DNA from: Candidatus Hodarchaeota archaeon
Lineage (GTDB): Archaea > Asgardarchaeota > Lokiarchaeia > Sigyniarchaeales > SOKP01
Direction of reading: 5' to 3'
Length of the DNA: 64,000 nt
Assembly (NCBI GenBank): GCA_048886685.1
Contig: JBHLKM010000001.1
Location: 288,001-352,000 of the forward strand
Position numbers and translations under genes: made by a program. This document shows, in pieces, positions 29,418 through 40,126 of the stretch. Each line of letters starts with the position of its first letter. Positions within the stretch are counted from its first letter, which is position 1. The notes beneath the pieces were generated by a model, which worked only from the letters and a program-made list of their open reading frames with translations, ran no database searches and was not told the origin of the DNA.

Positions 29418-30512
29418 TTAGAAGCAATTCCAATGTGGTGTTAATTTACCTTTTAATGCAGGGATTAGTTTGTTATTATAATAGTCTAAAAGTTCTAATC
29501 TAGATGATTTTGAATCTTCTTGCAACACTTCTTCATCCTCATCATTTAAAACTTTCAAACAATTGTAAACTCCTCTTGCTTGTTTATCCACACTATATCC
29601 TCCTTCAAGAGTTATGAGAATTCTATTTTTTGCATATTTATTGGCGATTGTTTTAATTTTACTTAAATAATTTGCAGGTGCTTGGTAAGTCCAATTCATT
29701 TCTGTCAATCTATCCGTCCAATGGGTATCAAACCCAGCAGAAATTAAAATAAATTCTGGTTTATATTCTTCACATATAGGAGCAATAATTTGATTAAAAT
29801 AAAGTGAAATAACATCATCAGCAGAACCAGGTGGCATTGGAAAATTTATAATTTTTCCTTCACCTTTCCCTGAACCGATCTCATTTATAAATCCACTTCC
29901 CGGATAAAGTGTTCTCCCATCTTGATGCGAATTAAATATAACCAAATCGCCTGAATCTGACTTAGAACCTTTGAAAAAAATATCTTGTGTGCCATTGCCA
30001 TGATGACAATCCCAATCAATAATAATAATTTTTTTTATGCCTTTTTCTCTAAAAAGATATTCAGCAGTCACCGCAATATTATTGAATATACAAAAACCTG
30101 CGAATTTATGGGAATTTGAATGGTGTCCAGGTGGTCTTACTAAAGCAAAAGCATTTTTAATATTTCCATTTAAAATCTCCTCAGCAGCTAGTAAATTACC
30201 ACCTACAGAGTATAGGGACGCCTCAAACGTTTTTGGAGATGCCGCAGTATCAGCATCTAAATACTGTATACGCCCTGTTTTTTCACTAAACTCACAGACT
30301 TCTTGTATCTCTTTTATTAATCTATCTCTATGGACGTATCTTATTTGATCCAAACTTGCTTTCCTTGGTTTAATGATTTTAAAATTAGTGTCCTCAAGTA
30401 CTCCTTTCTCTTCTAGAAATTTCATGATATTAATTAATCGTTCAGGACTCTCAGGATCCGTTCCTGTTTGATGTTCTAAATATATAGGATCATAAACAAT
30501 TCCTACAGTCAT
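29418..30512 (-). CDS. Histone deacetylase-family Zn hydrolase
   Basis: RPPGHH, GFCIFNN, DWDCHHGNGTQDIF, SAGFD and LEGGY. Confidence 0.95.
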   Translation of the reverse strand: MTVGIVYDPIYLEHQTGTDPESPERLINIMKFLEEKGVLEDTNFKIIKPRKASLDQIRYVHRDRLIKEIQEVCEFSEKTGRIQYLDADTAASPKTFEASLYSVGGNLLAAEEILNGNIKNAFALVRPPGHHSNSHKFAGFCIFNNIAVTAEYLFREKGIKKIIIIDWDCHHGNGTQDIFFKGSKSDSGDLVIFNSHQDGRTLYPGSGFINEIGSGKGEGKIINFPMPPGSADDVISLYFNQIIAPICEEYKPEFILISAGFDTHWTDRLTEMNWTYQAPANYLSKIKTIANKYAKNRILITLEGGYSVDKQARGVYNCLKVLNDEDEEVLQEDSKSSRLELLDYYNNKLIPALKGKLTPHWNCF

Positions 30513-30629
30513 AATATTCTATTTTTACTTTCTATTCAAAGAATTAATTTCTTTTTTATTTTTAAGGATATAATAATTCTAATAACTGAAAATAAACTTA
30601 AAAAAGTTTTTTCATAAGTTTAATTATAT

Positions 30630-31151
30630 ATGATTAAGACTAAGAAAATCACATTAAAAGTAATTATAACTGGAGAACCCGCAGTTGGTAAAACTAGCCT
30701 AGTCAAAAAGTTTATATCAGGGCAATTTTCTAAAGATTATCGCTCCAGTATTGGAACAAATATCTATACAAAAAAAATAGCACTAGAAGAAGACACAGAT
30801 GTAACGCTTCAGCTTTGGGATATTGCTGGACAAGAAAGATGGATTAATATGAGGCATTCATATTATTCAGGCGCTAAAGGTGTAATAATTGTTGGAGATA
30901 TAACGAGGAGAAATACATTCACTCAAATCGAAAATTTTTGGGTTCCAGATATAAAAAAATACTGTCCTATTGCACCAATTATCTTAATTGCTAATAAAAG
31001 AGATTTATCTAGCAATTTAAGTGAAGAAGAACTTAATTCTTTAAGCAAACGTATTAATGCCAAGTCTGAGTTTTTTACTTCGGCAAAAACAGGTGAAAAT
31101 GTTGAATTGGCATTTGAGATGATATCCAAACAAGCAATTCATAATTCTTAA
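30630..31151 (+). CDS. Rab/Ras-like small GTPase
   Basis: G1 GEPAVGKT, G3 WDIAGQE, G4 NKRD, G5 SAK; no C-terminal Cys for prenylation. Confidence 0.95.
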   Translation: MIKTKKITLKVIITGEPAVGKTSLVKKFISGQFSKDYRSSIGTNIYTKKIALEEDTDVTLQLWDIAGQERWINMRHSYYSGAKGVIIVGDITRRNTFTQIENFWVPDIKKYCPIAPIILIANKRDLSSNLSEEELNSLSKRINAKSEFFTSAKTGENVELAFEMISKQAIHNS

Positions 31152-31202
31152 TAAAGATTAAGATTCTAATTGAAAGAAGAATTATGTATGTAAAATTAGG
31201 AT

Positions 31203-34200
31203 TTAGATCATTTCCTTATTAGTAAATTTAATATAGTTATTCTTTGGTTCATAAAGAGTTCCTTCTTTTATTAATTCTTCAAGAGCATTTTCAATGAATT
31301 TCTTGTCCAAATTTTCCTCTAGTTCAAGGATTTGAATAACATTATTTTTTTCCAGAGATCTCCAGTTATTTTCTTCAAATATTTCCTTTAGTCGGTTCAT
31401 TAAGGACTCAAGTCTATTCAAATTGCTTCTCGATTGTCCTACGAAAATTCTATCCATGTCTATTTTCCCAGAAGTCTCATCATATCCAGTATCTTTAAGA
31501 AATCTTTTGAATAACTTAATAACTTCTTCAACGTCTTCTTTATTTACGTTATCTCTTAGAGCCATTTTTGCATGTGCTTCACTTAGTCTTACCAGAGCAT
31601 CCAAATTTCTAGCTAAAATCGAAATAATCGCATCTTCACTATCATATTGATTTCTTAATTCCAAATAAAAGCTTTTTATTCGTTCTTTAGCTTCATCAGT
31701 AAGGACTGGATGACAGGTTCTTCGGGCATGTTTAATATACTTTTTAAGAAGCTCATTAGGAATAGGTGCTATACTCTCACCTATGTCTTCAAAATTTTCC
31801 TCCGGTTTAATCATTGAATTTCTTAAAATAAATTCTGCCATTTGGGCATCTTCTGAGGGATTGGGTCTATCTACAACAACAAAAATTAGATCAAAACGAG
31901 ATAAGAGGGATGGAGGTAAACGGATATTTTGAGTAGGCGTTTTATATCTATCATATCTTCCAGAATATGGATTAGCTGCTGCGATTATTGCTGTTTGAGC
32001 TTTCAAAGTAGCGACTATACCTGCTTTAGCTATACTTACAGTGTTATGTAGAATAATTCCTTGGCTAATAAATGTGTGATTTGGTTCAACTGTTATATCA
32101 TAAACCCATGGTGTATAATTCTTTCCCTTATTTTGAATACACTCAATTTTCTTAATTCTATCCCAACAAATATCTGACTCTAAGAAGGAAGTTAAATAGT
32201 TAATTTCTTCTTCAATTTCTTTCATTTTAGTTTTAAGAGAGGAAATGATCTCTAATCTAAATTTATCCCTCTGTTTTTTATTATATCCTCCTCTTTCATA
32301 ATAATCAATACTACTGCGATTAAGGCTAGCGATTTGAGCTAAAGTTTCCTGAGAATAGCCAGTTTTATTCCTAATTTCTTTAATATCAAGATTGTTATCA
32401 AGTATTTTTATTACTTCTAATAATTTATCTTTGATAAGATTTAGATCTTTTTGAAGAACATTGCGAGTGATTCCATGATTTTCTTTTAAATGTCGATGGA
32501 AATATCCATCATAAGTAATGGCTAAGTTATGTTTAAGATTAATAATCATTTCTGTTATTGAAGTTGGAAATATATCATGATGATGTGTTTTGGGTTTATC
32601 AGGCTTAATTAGATTTCTGATTTTTTTAATTCTATGATCATCATCTTGAACGATCTCTTCATAGAATTGAATTAATGACTGTGCACGAATATAGACTTTA
32701 TATGAATCATTATACTTATCATAAGTAATTCGGGAATGAATTCCTAATTTTAAGAGCGAATCTTGATAATCAACACATAAACCTTTAGAAGCAGTTCGAT
32801 AGCATATCGCTGTAGATTCTACACTTCCATCACCTTTAAAAGCACTAATCAAGAATTCCTTGATTATATTACGACTGCTTGATAATATTTTATTTGGTAT
32901 ACGTTTAAATTTTGATAATATTATAACTTCTGGAAAATTCTCTATCATCCATTCATATAAATTAATTGATGAATATCTTAGTGTTTTTAATCCATCATCC
33001 CTTTCATTTATAGAAGGTTCAATATTGAATATATCTTCCATCAATTCATAGAAATCTTTAAGTAAAACGTCATCCATATTTGAAAAGCCTATTTCTGATC
33101 CAGAGCCTCTATAACTATGGCCTTCACTAACTAAATATCCAATTATTCGACTTAATTTAGAATCTAAATATCTTGGAAGGGTTAATTTCTTAGCTAGAGG
33201 ATGATTTGATTTAATTATTTCATTTAATTCTATAATATCACTTGAATTTGGCAAATATTTCGGTATAGGGATGAAATCGTCTTTAACACAATCTTTTGCG
33301 TTGATACAGTTTAATTTACCTTCTCGAAACGCGAAAATTGGGTGTTCAGGTGTAACTATTATTGCTCTTCCATTAGTAAATGTAATCTTATAAAAATATT
33401 CAGGAGCTTTATGACGACTTACTCGATCTACATTAGTTTTAAATATTTTCTTGAAGTCAGTTGTGAAAAGCTTTAAATCATTAAAGCATAAAATTTCACA
33501 ATCTTTTCCTAATATTATTTTATCTTTATTTTGTTCCATTAACTTATTGATGAATTTTCCAATAACAATTCGTTTACCATTCACACTTAAGATTTCAGTG
33601 TTGTAATGGTAAGATTGCTGTTCCATCGCTTCGTGAAGTGCTGAGCGATCTGCTGTATCCATTTTGTCGAATTCGTCAATAGCCGCAACTCCTCCGTTGG
33701 CTAAAACTACAACACCAGCCTCAAGATTCATTTGTCCTGTATCACTCTCCTTTATTACAGCTGCTGTAAGGCCAACACCTGTTGAACCCTTACCAGAGGT
33801 ATATAATCCTCTTGGAGAAACTCCGACTGATCCTTTTAATATTTCACTATTATGGACGATGATATTACCATTCGCTATAATAAAGTGACCATCATCAGTT
33901 CCTATGTCATAAACCAATGTTTCTTCATTGATTACGTTAATTTCCTCAATTTTATCCCAGAAAATATCTGATTCAGTTAACTTTTTCAACCAGATTAGAT
34001 CGTTACTATACTCTTTATTTTTACATCTATATAGATTTTCGAATTTGGTTGTAATTTTTTTAAGATATAACCTACCAGCTCGTTGTCTTTGAGTTTTACC
34101 GCGAAGTTCTGCTAAAAAAGCTCGCTCATTAGAACCTCTTCTCGCTACAATTTCGAGATCATTTGAAATCCTCTGTAAGATATTACCAAAATTAGGTATA

Positions 34201-36512
34201 ATGTCCTTTTTTTGATATCTTGTTCTCGAACATGCAATATCTATAGCTATATCGAGGCGGTCTTGTTTTTCTGTTGATAAAAATCCTATTCTTTCATTGA
34301 ATTTGATTACTTCTTCTCCTGTTAGAATTATTTCATAATAGATATTTCCTTCATATTGTCCTGATTGAATGGTTTTAGTATTAATTGTACTAAAAATCCC
34401 AAAAGTACTTAACATATCTGATATTGAATATGCCAATAGTTTACTTGCCGTAGTGGCAGAAATAAATAGAGCTTCATTTTCAATATAACTATCTCCTGTA
34501 AAATAAGCAGAAAGTAAGTTACAACGAAAATCTGATGGAGCAGATAATAAAATACTAGGGAATTTTTTATTTTGAGCATGATTTCCAAATAAACTGTTAA
34601 ACCAATATCGTAGGCTAGCATTATGAATTTGGATAGAATCATCATAATCGTAATATAAAGCTCTACCAAAAATATCTATAAGATCGTTTTGAAGCACAGT
34701 TATTATTTCTTCATTAGTGTTTGAAATTCTTATACTATTTTGAGGTGTATCCCCTTCTGCGAGATAAAATCCAATAATTCTTCCAAGTTCTTCATTAAAT
34801 TTAATCATTCTTGGAACCCAAGTATTATCATATTTCCTCCTTATCCAATCTTCATCTGGTATTGAATCAAGATCTCTCAGATATGATAAAAATGTTCCTT
34901 CAGTAATATTTGAAATTCTAGCTGCACTACTAAGAGAAATTCCATCATTCAAATATAATTGAACCTGTTCACGTATTATTTTGGCGCTGACTAAATCCTC
35001 TTTATTAAAAAATACACTTATATCAATCCAATTACAATTATCTCCAAAATCTAAATTTCTCGCTATGGGTAGATATAAATTGTTACATTTTTCAAAAAGA
35101 TCATTACCATCAATTAATCTTAATTCACCATTTATTAATGTAGTAAATGAATGATTTGGAGTTGTAATAATAATACGCCCAGATTGTGTTTTAATCTGGA
35201 AAAGAATATTAGTCTTATGTCTGCTTACTTCATTAATTCTAGAGATTTGAGATTTTAGAGTATTTAGATTCATTGAATATGTATATATTGGATTATTATT
35301 TAATAATTTAAGGATTTCTGTATCTCCTTTTAAAATTACGTCAAAATGGTTTTTATCAAGAAGTCCATCTACAAATTCTCCTATTTTTTCAGTATTCCAC
35401 ATTGTTCCTGTTGATGTTTCGGTTCCAATATATATTTTTTCAGAACTATAAACACTTTTCCCAGTACCAGGATCACCTACCACAAGAAAATGAATATCTC
35501 CTCGTTTATAGCCACCACCTGGTTTTTGTCTTCTTGTTCCTCCAAAGAGACTCAAAGCGCATGCCATTTTTAATTGTTCCCGACCATATATACTGGGGCT
35601 AATTGATCGTGCAATTTTTTTTTGAATCATTGGTTCTTTTGATAAATCTTCAATTCTCTGTTTATCTTCTTTTGATAATTCTATAATATCTTCAATTTTA
35701 TCTTCGGGATCTATGAAGTTGACATCAACAAAAGTTTTGAATAACGTAGAATTGTAACTCTTTGTTGATTGAGCCAAAACAGATCTAAATACGCCCATTA
35801 CTTTTAATCTGTCTCCTGGTTTAACTGTATCAACTAAATTATGGGTTAAAATTGCTTGGACCGATCTTGGTATTCTCCCAGGTGGCAAATCTTCGGGGAT
35901 TTCCTGGATCATAATGCTTTGCCAATCAATAAATTCTGAATTTTTTGATATTAGTCTAAAATCTGATTGAGCTTTAGCTTTACAACGTTTATTAATACAA
36001 AAATTTGGCCACTTAATTCTTGAAGTTAGTTGAATAACTTCAAATTGACTCCCGCATAGTGCACATTCGAAAGTAGCTTTGACCAATTTAGGTCTAATGG
36101 TTGAACTTCTAACCAAAATTCCTTTTGACCAAACAAGATTATCGATATTTTTGGCTCTTAGACTTCTTAAAGATACAAATAAGGGTGATTTTTCATCTTT
36201 AGTTGTAATTCTTACAAAATAATCTTGATCACTTAATACTGTTCCCTGAAATTTTAAAATATTTTTAAATGCCTCTACAGCATCTTCTAACAAGGTTTCA
36301 GGATCCTTTTTGAGTTTCTCTGCAATTTGGGGGTCAAATGCTAATAAATCCTCATAAAAGATAATTAAAGTATTTCCTCCCTTTGAAAAAGTATCGTTAA
36401 TTTGGTCTAAATATTTATATTCCCCTGGTTTTTCTTGAAATAGGCGATAAAAATCTTCAAACTTCTGAATTTTGTTTACTGGTATTGTAGGGTTAGTAAG
36501 TGGGGTAGTCGT
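31203..36512 (-). CDS. mcm: MCM replicative helicase with two inteins; probable ACG start at 36512 (track start 36293); about 709 aa after protein splicing
   Basis: Zn finger, IQEIPEDLPPGRIPR, GDPGTGK|S, IDEFDKM, HEAMEQQ|TVSIAKAG and LLSRFDL. The frame stays open upstream of 36293 and encodes typical MCM N-domain sequence (FEDFYR...FYEDLLAFDPQIAEKLKKDPETLL). Confidence 0.96.
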   Translation of the reverse strand, partial: TTTPLTNPTIPVNKIQKFEDFYRLFQEKPGEYKYLDQINDTFSKGGNTLIIFYEDLLAFDPQIAEKLKKDPETLLEDAVEAFKNILKFQGTVLSDQDYFVRITTKDEKSPLFVSLRSLRAKNIDNLVWSKGILVRSSTIRPKLVKATFECALCGSQFEVIQLTSRIKWPNFCINKRCKAKAQSDFRLISKNSEFIDWQSIMIQEIPEDLPPGRIPRSVQAILTHNLVDTVKPGDRLKVMGVFRSVLAQSTKSYNSTLFKTFVDVNFIDPEDKIEDIIELSKEDKQRIEDLSKEPMIQKKIARSISPSIYGREQLKMACALSLFGGTRRQKPGGGYKRGDIHFLVVGDPGTGKSVYSSEKIYIGTETSTGTMWNTEKIGEFVDGLLDKNHFDVILKGDTEILKLLNNNPIYTYSMNLNTLKSQISRINEVSRHKTNILFQIKTQSGRIIITTPNHSFTTLINGELRLIDGNDLFEKCNNLYLPIARNLDFGDNCNWIDISVFFNKEDLVSAKIIREQVQLYLNDGISLSSAARISNITEGTFLSYLRDLDSIPDEDWIRRKYDNTWVPRMIKFNEELGRIIGFYLAEGDTPQNSIRISNTNEEIITVLQNDLIDIFGRALYYDYDDSIQIHNASLRYWFNSLFGNHAQNKKFPSILLSAPSDFRCNLLSAYFTGDSYIENEALFISATTASKLLAYSISDMLSTFGIFSTINTKTIQSGQYEGNIYYEIILTGEEVIKFNERIGFLSTEKQDRLDIAIDIACSRTRYQKKDIIPNFGNILQRISNDLEIVARRGSNERAFLAELRGKTQRQRAGRLYLKKITTKFENLYRCKNKEYSNDLIWLKKLTESDIFWDKIEEINVINEETLVYDIGTDDGHFIIANGNIIVHNSEILKGSVGVSPRGLYTSGKGSTGVGLTAAVIKESDTGQMNLEAGVVVLANGGVAAIDEFDKMDTADRSALHEAMEQQSYHYNTEILSVNGKRIVIGKFINKLMEQNKDKIILGKDCEILCFNDLKLFTTDFKKIFKTNVDRVSRHKAPEYFYKITFTNGRAIIVTPEHPIFAFREGKLNCINAKDCVKDDFIPIPKYLPNSSDIIELNEIIKSNHPLAKKLTLPRYLDSKLSRIIGYLVSEGHSYRGSGSEIGFSNMDDVLLKDFYELMEDIFNIEPSINERDDGLKTLRYSSINLYEWMIENFPEVIILSKFKRIPNKILSSSRNIIKEFLISAFKGDGSVESTAICYRTASKGLCVDYQDSLLKLGIHSRITYDKYNDSYKVYIRAQSLIQFYEEIVQDDDHRIKKIRNLIKPDKPKTHHHDIFPTSITEMIINLKHNLAITYDGYFHRHLKENHGITRNVLQKDLNLIKDKLLEVIKILDNNLDIKEIRNKTGYSQETLAQIASLNRSSIDYYERGGYNKKQRDKFRLEIISSLKTKMKEIEEEINYLTSFLESDICWDRIKKIECIQNKGKNYTPWVYDITVEPNHTFISQGIILHNTVSIAKAGIVATLKAQTAIIAAANPYSGRYDRYKTPTQNIRLPPSLLSRFDLIFVVVDRPNPSEDAQMAEFILRNSMIKPEENFEDIGESIAPIPNELLKKYIKHARRTCHPVLTDEAKERIKSFYLELRNQYDSEDAIISILARNLDALVRLSEAHAKMALRDNVNKEDVEEVIKLFKRFLKDTGYDETSGKIDMDRIFVGQSRSNLNRLESLMNRLKEIFEENNWRSLEKNNVIQILELEENLDKKFIENALEELIKEGTLYEPKNNYIKFTNKEMI
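32043..33614 (-). mobile_element. Intein 2 in MCM (524 aa, MEQQ|T site) with LAGLIDADG endonuclease and XRE-like HTH
   Basis: EQQ|SYHYNTE...VTPEHP...IGYLVSEG...FLISAFKGDGS...VYDITVEPNHTF...ILHN|TVSI. Confidence 0.93.
33849..35456 (-). mobile_element. Intein 1 in MCM (536 aa, Walker A site) with LAGLIDADG endonuclease
   Basis: GK|SVYSSE...TTPNHS...IGFYLAEGD...LSAYFTGDS...VYDI...IVHN|SEIL. Confidence 0.93.
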
Positions 36513-36683
36513 ATTAAATCACTTCATTTTTGATTATTCGAATATTTAATTTAATTACTTTTTGTTATTTTAATACTGATATTAAGGGATAGGTTATTAA
36601 ACAGTGAATAAATCAAAAAATTTAAAAAATATATGAGAGAAGAGATTTAGTAATGCCTTTTTTAAAGAATCGGATTTGTTTTT

Positions 36684-39600
36684 TTACCCATCTTTTAGTT
36701 TTTGCAAAGTGCTGCATATAATTGGATCCTGACTCATTTCACATCGAATTTTTAACAGCGAAATTACTCTTTTTCTAGTTTTTTCATCTTCGTACATTGC
36801 TGTACGACCTAAAATTAAAGCAATTGACCGCTGAATTTCAATCGAACCTTCATCGCTTAAGTTTTTCAAAAGTTTTGATAATATTTGATTTATTCCTATT
36901 TCTTGAATAATTTTAACAAGACTATTGATTGTACTAGTTCTTACTTCTTTTATATTATCGCCCAATAATTCAATGAGTTCATCAAAAATCTCATTAACCT
37001 GATTACTATAAATATTTAACAAATTAGCTGAAGCTTCTCTAACCTTAAGATCTTCGCTTTTTAAGCATTTGATTAAAATTTTAAAGGGTAAGTATGTTTT
37101 ATCAACTTCTTTTATTTTGGATAAAATGATTAATGCAGATCTGAGAACCCAACTTTGTTCACTACTTAGTAAGGATACAAGTTTCTCAATGATATTCTTT
37201 TTATCTTCAATATATTCAATTATTCTACCTAAACTCGAAACAGCCGCTTCTCTGACAATCCATTCTTCATCTTTTAAACCTGTATTTATTAAGGCATCAG
37301 CCACTGTCAAGGGATCTCTATATCCAATAATTCCAAGTATTTTCATATTTGTTTCACGGATGAAAGAATCAGAATCTGATAAATGATCAATTATAGTCTT
37401 TACAGGTACGATTTCTGGTGACACAGTAGCAATTTCTAACAATGATTTGAAAAGTGCAATCTGTACAGATGATTCTTGTTGATTTATAGAGTTTAAGAAT
37501 TCAGATATTAATGGTTTTATAAAAGTAGAATCCTTTTTAGCTATAGTTGAAATTAATTTTGATGTTTCCTTTTTTATTTGTTTGTTTTGATCTTTTTGTA
37601 ATATGTTAAAAATAGGTTTAATATCAATGTTCCTAGGTATTTCATCAACTAATCCATCCAAAGCAGCAATTGCATTTAATTTGATATCGTTATTGTCATT
37701 TTCTAAGAATCTAATTAATTTCTGAATTAGGTTAATGGGTTCATTTCTACCAATTTTAATAATAGTTTTAGCAACTATCCCTTTTGTTATATACCCAGAA
37801 ATATCAGGAATCTTTATTAAATTTTGAATTACTAATTCTGGATTATTGGTATAATTTTCAACTAAAATATTTGAGATATTTGACTTTAATTGTTCATTCT
37901 CAAATTTAATAAATATTAATAAAGTTGTCAAGATTTTTTCAGGCTCATATTTCCATAATCTCCCAAGTAGAGTTAAGGTGGTATTTAATATTTCAAAATT
38001 ATTTGGGTCGATATTATTTATTATCTCATCCAAATCTAGTTGATTTGGTTCCTCTTCATAGTATCTCATAAGTGCCAAGATTGCCGAGTTTCTAACGTTT
38101 TCATCATAATCAGTTATTCCTTCAAAGAGTGGTAAAAAGGGAATTTTATTTTTCTTAAATTTACCAACCCTTCCTAAAATATCAAAAATTGAAGCTCTTA
38201 CTAAACTTGAAGGATCCTTCATTAAAGGGATTATTTTTGATACAATTTTTTCATTGAATCCAACTTTAGCTAGATTATCTAAATTCTTTATAGCTATAGC
38301 TCTTATTTCATCGTTAGAACTAAAGATTTTATCTATAATAATTACTTCAGGAAGGTCAATTGAAGCTTCCGCAAAGATTTTAAGAATTTCGATTTGAATT
38401 TTACTATTCGGATCATCTATTAATTTTTGTATATCTAATTCAGTAATTAATTTTTTATCCATTTTTAATAATCTTGAAAATAATTTTAATGCTAATAATT
38501 TCACTCTCCACTCTGTATCATTAAGTAAGTTAAGAACTGTGTCTTTAGGAATTTTTTCAACAAGTTCATTACCAGCGTTGATCAATGATTTTAATACAGG
38601 GATATTTTTTTCATAGTTAGGGGATTCTAAAGATTCGATTATCCATGGTAGTATGATATTTGGAGCATCTCGTTCGAGTTGCTCTAAAATTTGATAACAT
38701 ATTCTTCTTGAATTGTAATTGGTATCACAAATTCCATCCATTATTGAATTTTTAAACTTCCAGTTATTTAAATCTATTTCTGATTTAAGTGGTATTCTTT
38801 CAAACATTAATAATATTGTCTCTTGTGCATGTCTTCTAATATCAGGATCAGGATTTTTAATGAAATTAAATAATGGAATAGGATCAAAAGTTTGTCCAGA
38901 TTCAGATATCTTTGAGTACTTAATATTTCTTAAAAATGTACTTTTCTGAGCTAAAAAGAAATAGGAAGTAAATATTATTAGGACAATTTCCTCTATGACT
39001 GCAGCCCAAGCAAACATTAAATGGTCTGATACTATTTGACTGGTAATTTTCCATAAGTTAAAAGTATAAAATAACTTATTCGGATTTACAATTAAAAAAT
39101 TAACAAGAACATTAATGCCTATAGCCGCCATTAAATAAGCAGCAAAGTATATATCAATCCCTCGATACTTTATTTTCCTTCCCCAAAAACGAGTAAAGTA
39201 ACCAATTATCCCAAAAAATAGAGTAACAAAGACAAAAGCAGAGGACATTGTTGATATCGCTAATTTGCCTGTAAAAAAGAAAGCAATAGTTTGAAATAAA
39301 GAAATCCACGCCCATACAAATACAAATAACATTAATCCTAACCCTATATACGGAACTGGATCTGAAAGAAATTGTTTCATCCCTCTTTTATTGTCTTCAA
39401 AATTCAGAAAAATATATCTATTGATAGAAGGGATGTGATAATAGAAATTGGATATTCCTGCTATATATCCTTTTGAACCGTAAAAAGTCAGTATCATTAA
39501 CGGATATATCAGCATCCAACTTATCCACATCATTATAAATGGCAATCCCGCCAGAGATAATAAAATGGGTGGAAGGATGAATATAGAGATGTAAAATAAG

Positions 39601-40031
39601 GAGGCAAGTAACACTGCAATTGTTTTTTTTTTGAATCTATTAATCAATTTTAAGCTAATAATTCTGTGAAAAGGCGTTAATCCCTCATCAGTTTCTTTAC
39701 TTAGAGCAATGAAAAGAAAGTCTATTAGAGGATAAGTTGTTATGTATATTAAACAAGAGGCAAATGGAATTAGCAAAACTAAAGGATGAATATCCGGTGG
39801 AGTTATTTCCCATAACTCTGGTGTTTTTACAGCAAAAATGAAGCCTACAGCAACAACTACCAAAACAGCTAAACTAAAAATAAAACCATAAATTATGCAT
39901 TGAAGTCTATCTTTATTACGAAATTCTCCTTTTTTTACTAAAGCAACCTGTCGATAAATAAGATAAAATCCAATAACGAAAAATGTTAGAAAAATTATTA
40001 TTAGGATAATTTCTATAATCAAAATTTTCAC
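36684..40031 (-). CDS. Multi-TM membrane protein with long cytoplasmic HEAT-repeat solenoid
   Basis: About 360-aa hydrophobic N-terminus, then repeats such as LLNDTEWRVK, LMKDPSSLVR, LSDSDSFIR and LKDEEWIVREAA. Confidence 0.85.
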   Translation of the reverse strand: MKILIIEIILIIIFLTFFVIGFYLIYRQVALVKKGEFRNKDRLQCIIYGFIFSLAVLVVVAVGFIFAVKTPELWEITPPDIHPLVLLIPFASCLIYITTYPLIDFLFIALSKETDEGLTPFHRIISLKLINRFKKKTIAVLLASLFYISIFILPPILLSLAGLPFIMMWISWMLIYPLMILTFYGSKGYIAGISNFYYHIPSINRYIFLNFEDNKRGMKQFLSDPVPYIGLGLMLFVFVWAWISLFQTIAFFFTGKLAISTMSSAFVFVTLFFGIIGYFTRFWGRKIKYRGIDIYFAAYLMAAIGINVLVNFLIVNPNKLFYTFNLWKITSQIVSDHLMFAWAAVIEEIVLIIFTSYFFLAQKSTFLRNIKYSKISESGQTFDPIPLFNFIKNPDPDIRRHAQETILLMFERIPLKSEIDLNNWKFKNSIMDGICDTNYNSRRICYQILEQLERDAPNIILPWIIESLESPNYEKNIPVLKSLINAGNELVEKIPKDTVLNLLNDTEWRVKLLALKLFSRLLKMDKKLITELDIQKLIDDPNSKIQIEILKIFAEASIDLPEVIIIDKIFSSNDEIRAIAIKNLDNLAKVGFNEKIVSKIIPLMKDPSSLVRASIFDILGRVGKFKKNKIPFLPLFEGITDYDENVRNSAILALMRYYEEEPNQLDLDEIINNIDPNNFEILNTTLTLLGRLWKYEPEKILTTLLIFIKFENEQLKSNISNILVENYTNNPELVIQNLIKIPDISGYITKGIVAKTIIKIGRNEPINLIQKLIRFLENDNNDIKLNAIAALDGLVDEIPRNIDIKPIFNILQKDQNKQIKKETSKLISTIAKKDSTFIKPLISEFLNSINQQESSVQIALFKSLLEIATVSPEIVPVKTIIDHLSDSDSFIRETNMKILGIIGYRDPLTVADALINTGLKDEEWIVREAAVSSLGRIIEYIEDKKNIIEKLVSLLSSEQSWVLRSALIILSKIKEVDKTYLPFKILIKCLKSEDLKVREASANLLNIYSNQVNEIFDELIELLGDNIKEVRTSTINSLVKIIQEIGINQILSKLLKNLSDEGSIEIQRSIALILGRTAMYEDEKTRKRVISLLKIRCEMSQDPIICSTLQKLKDG

Positions 40032-40126
40032 AAACTTTTATAGAATATTAATAAATTAATACTAAGTTTATTTCTCTTGTATTACGTTTGTATAATATAT
40101 AAAGTTTTTATAATTTAATAAATCTG

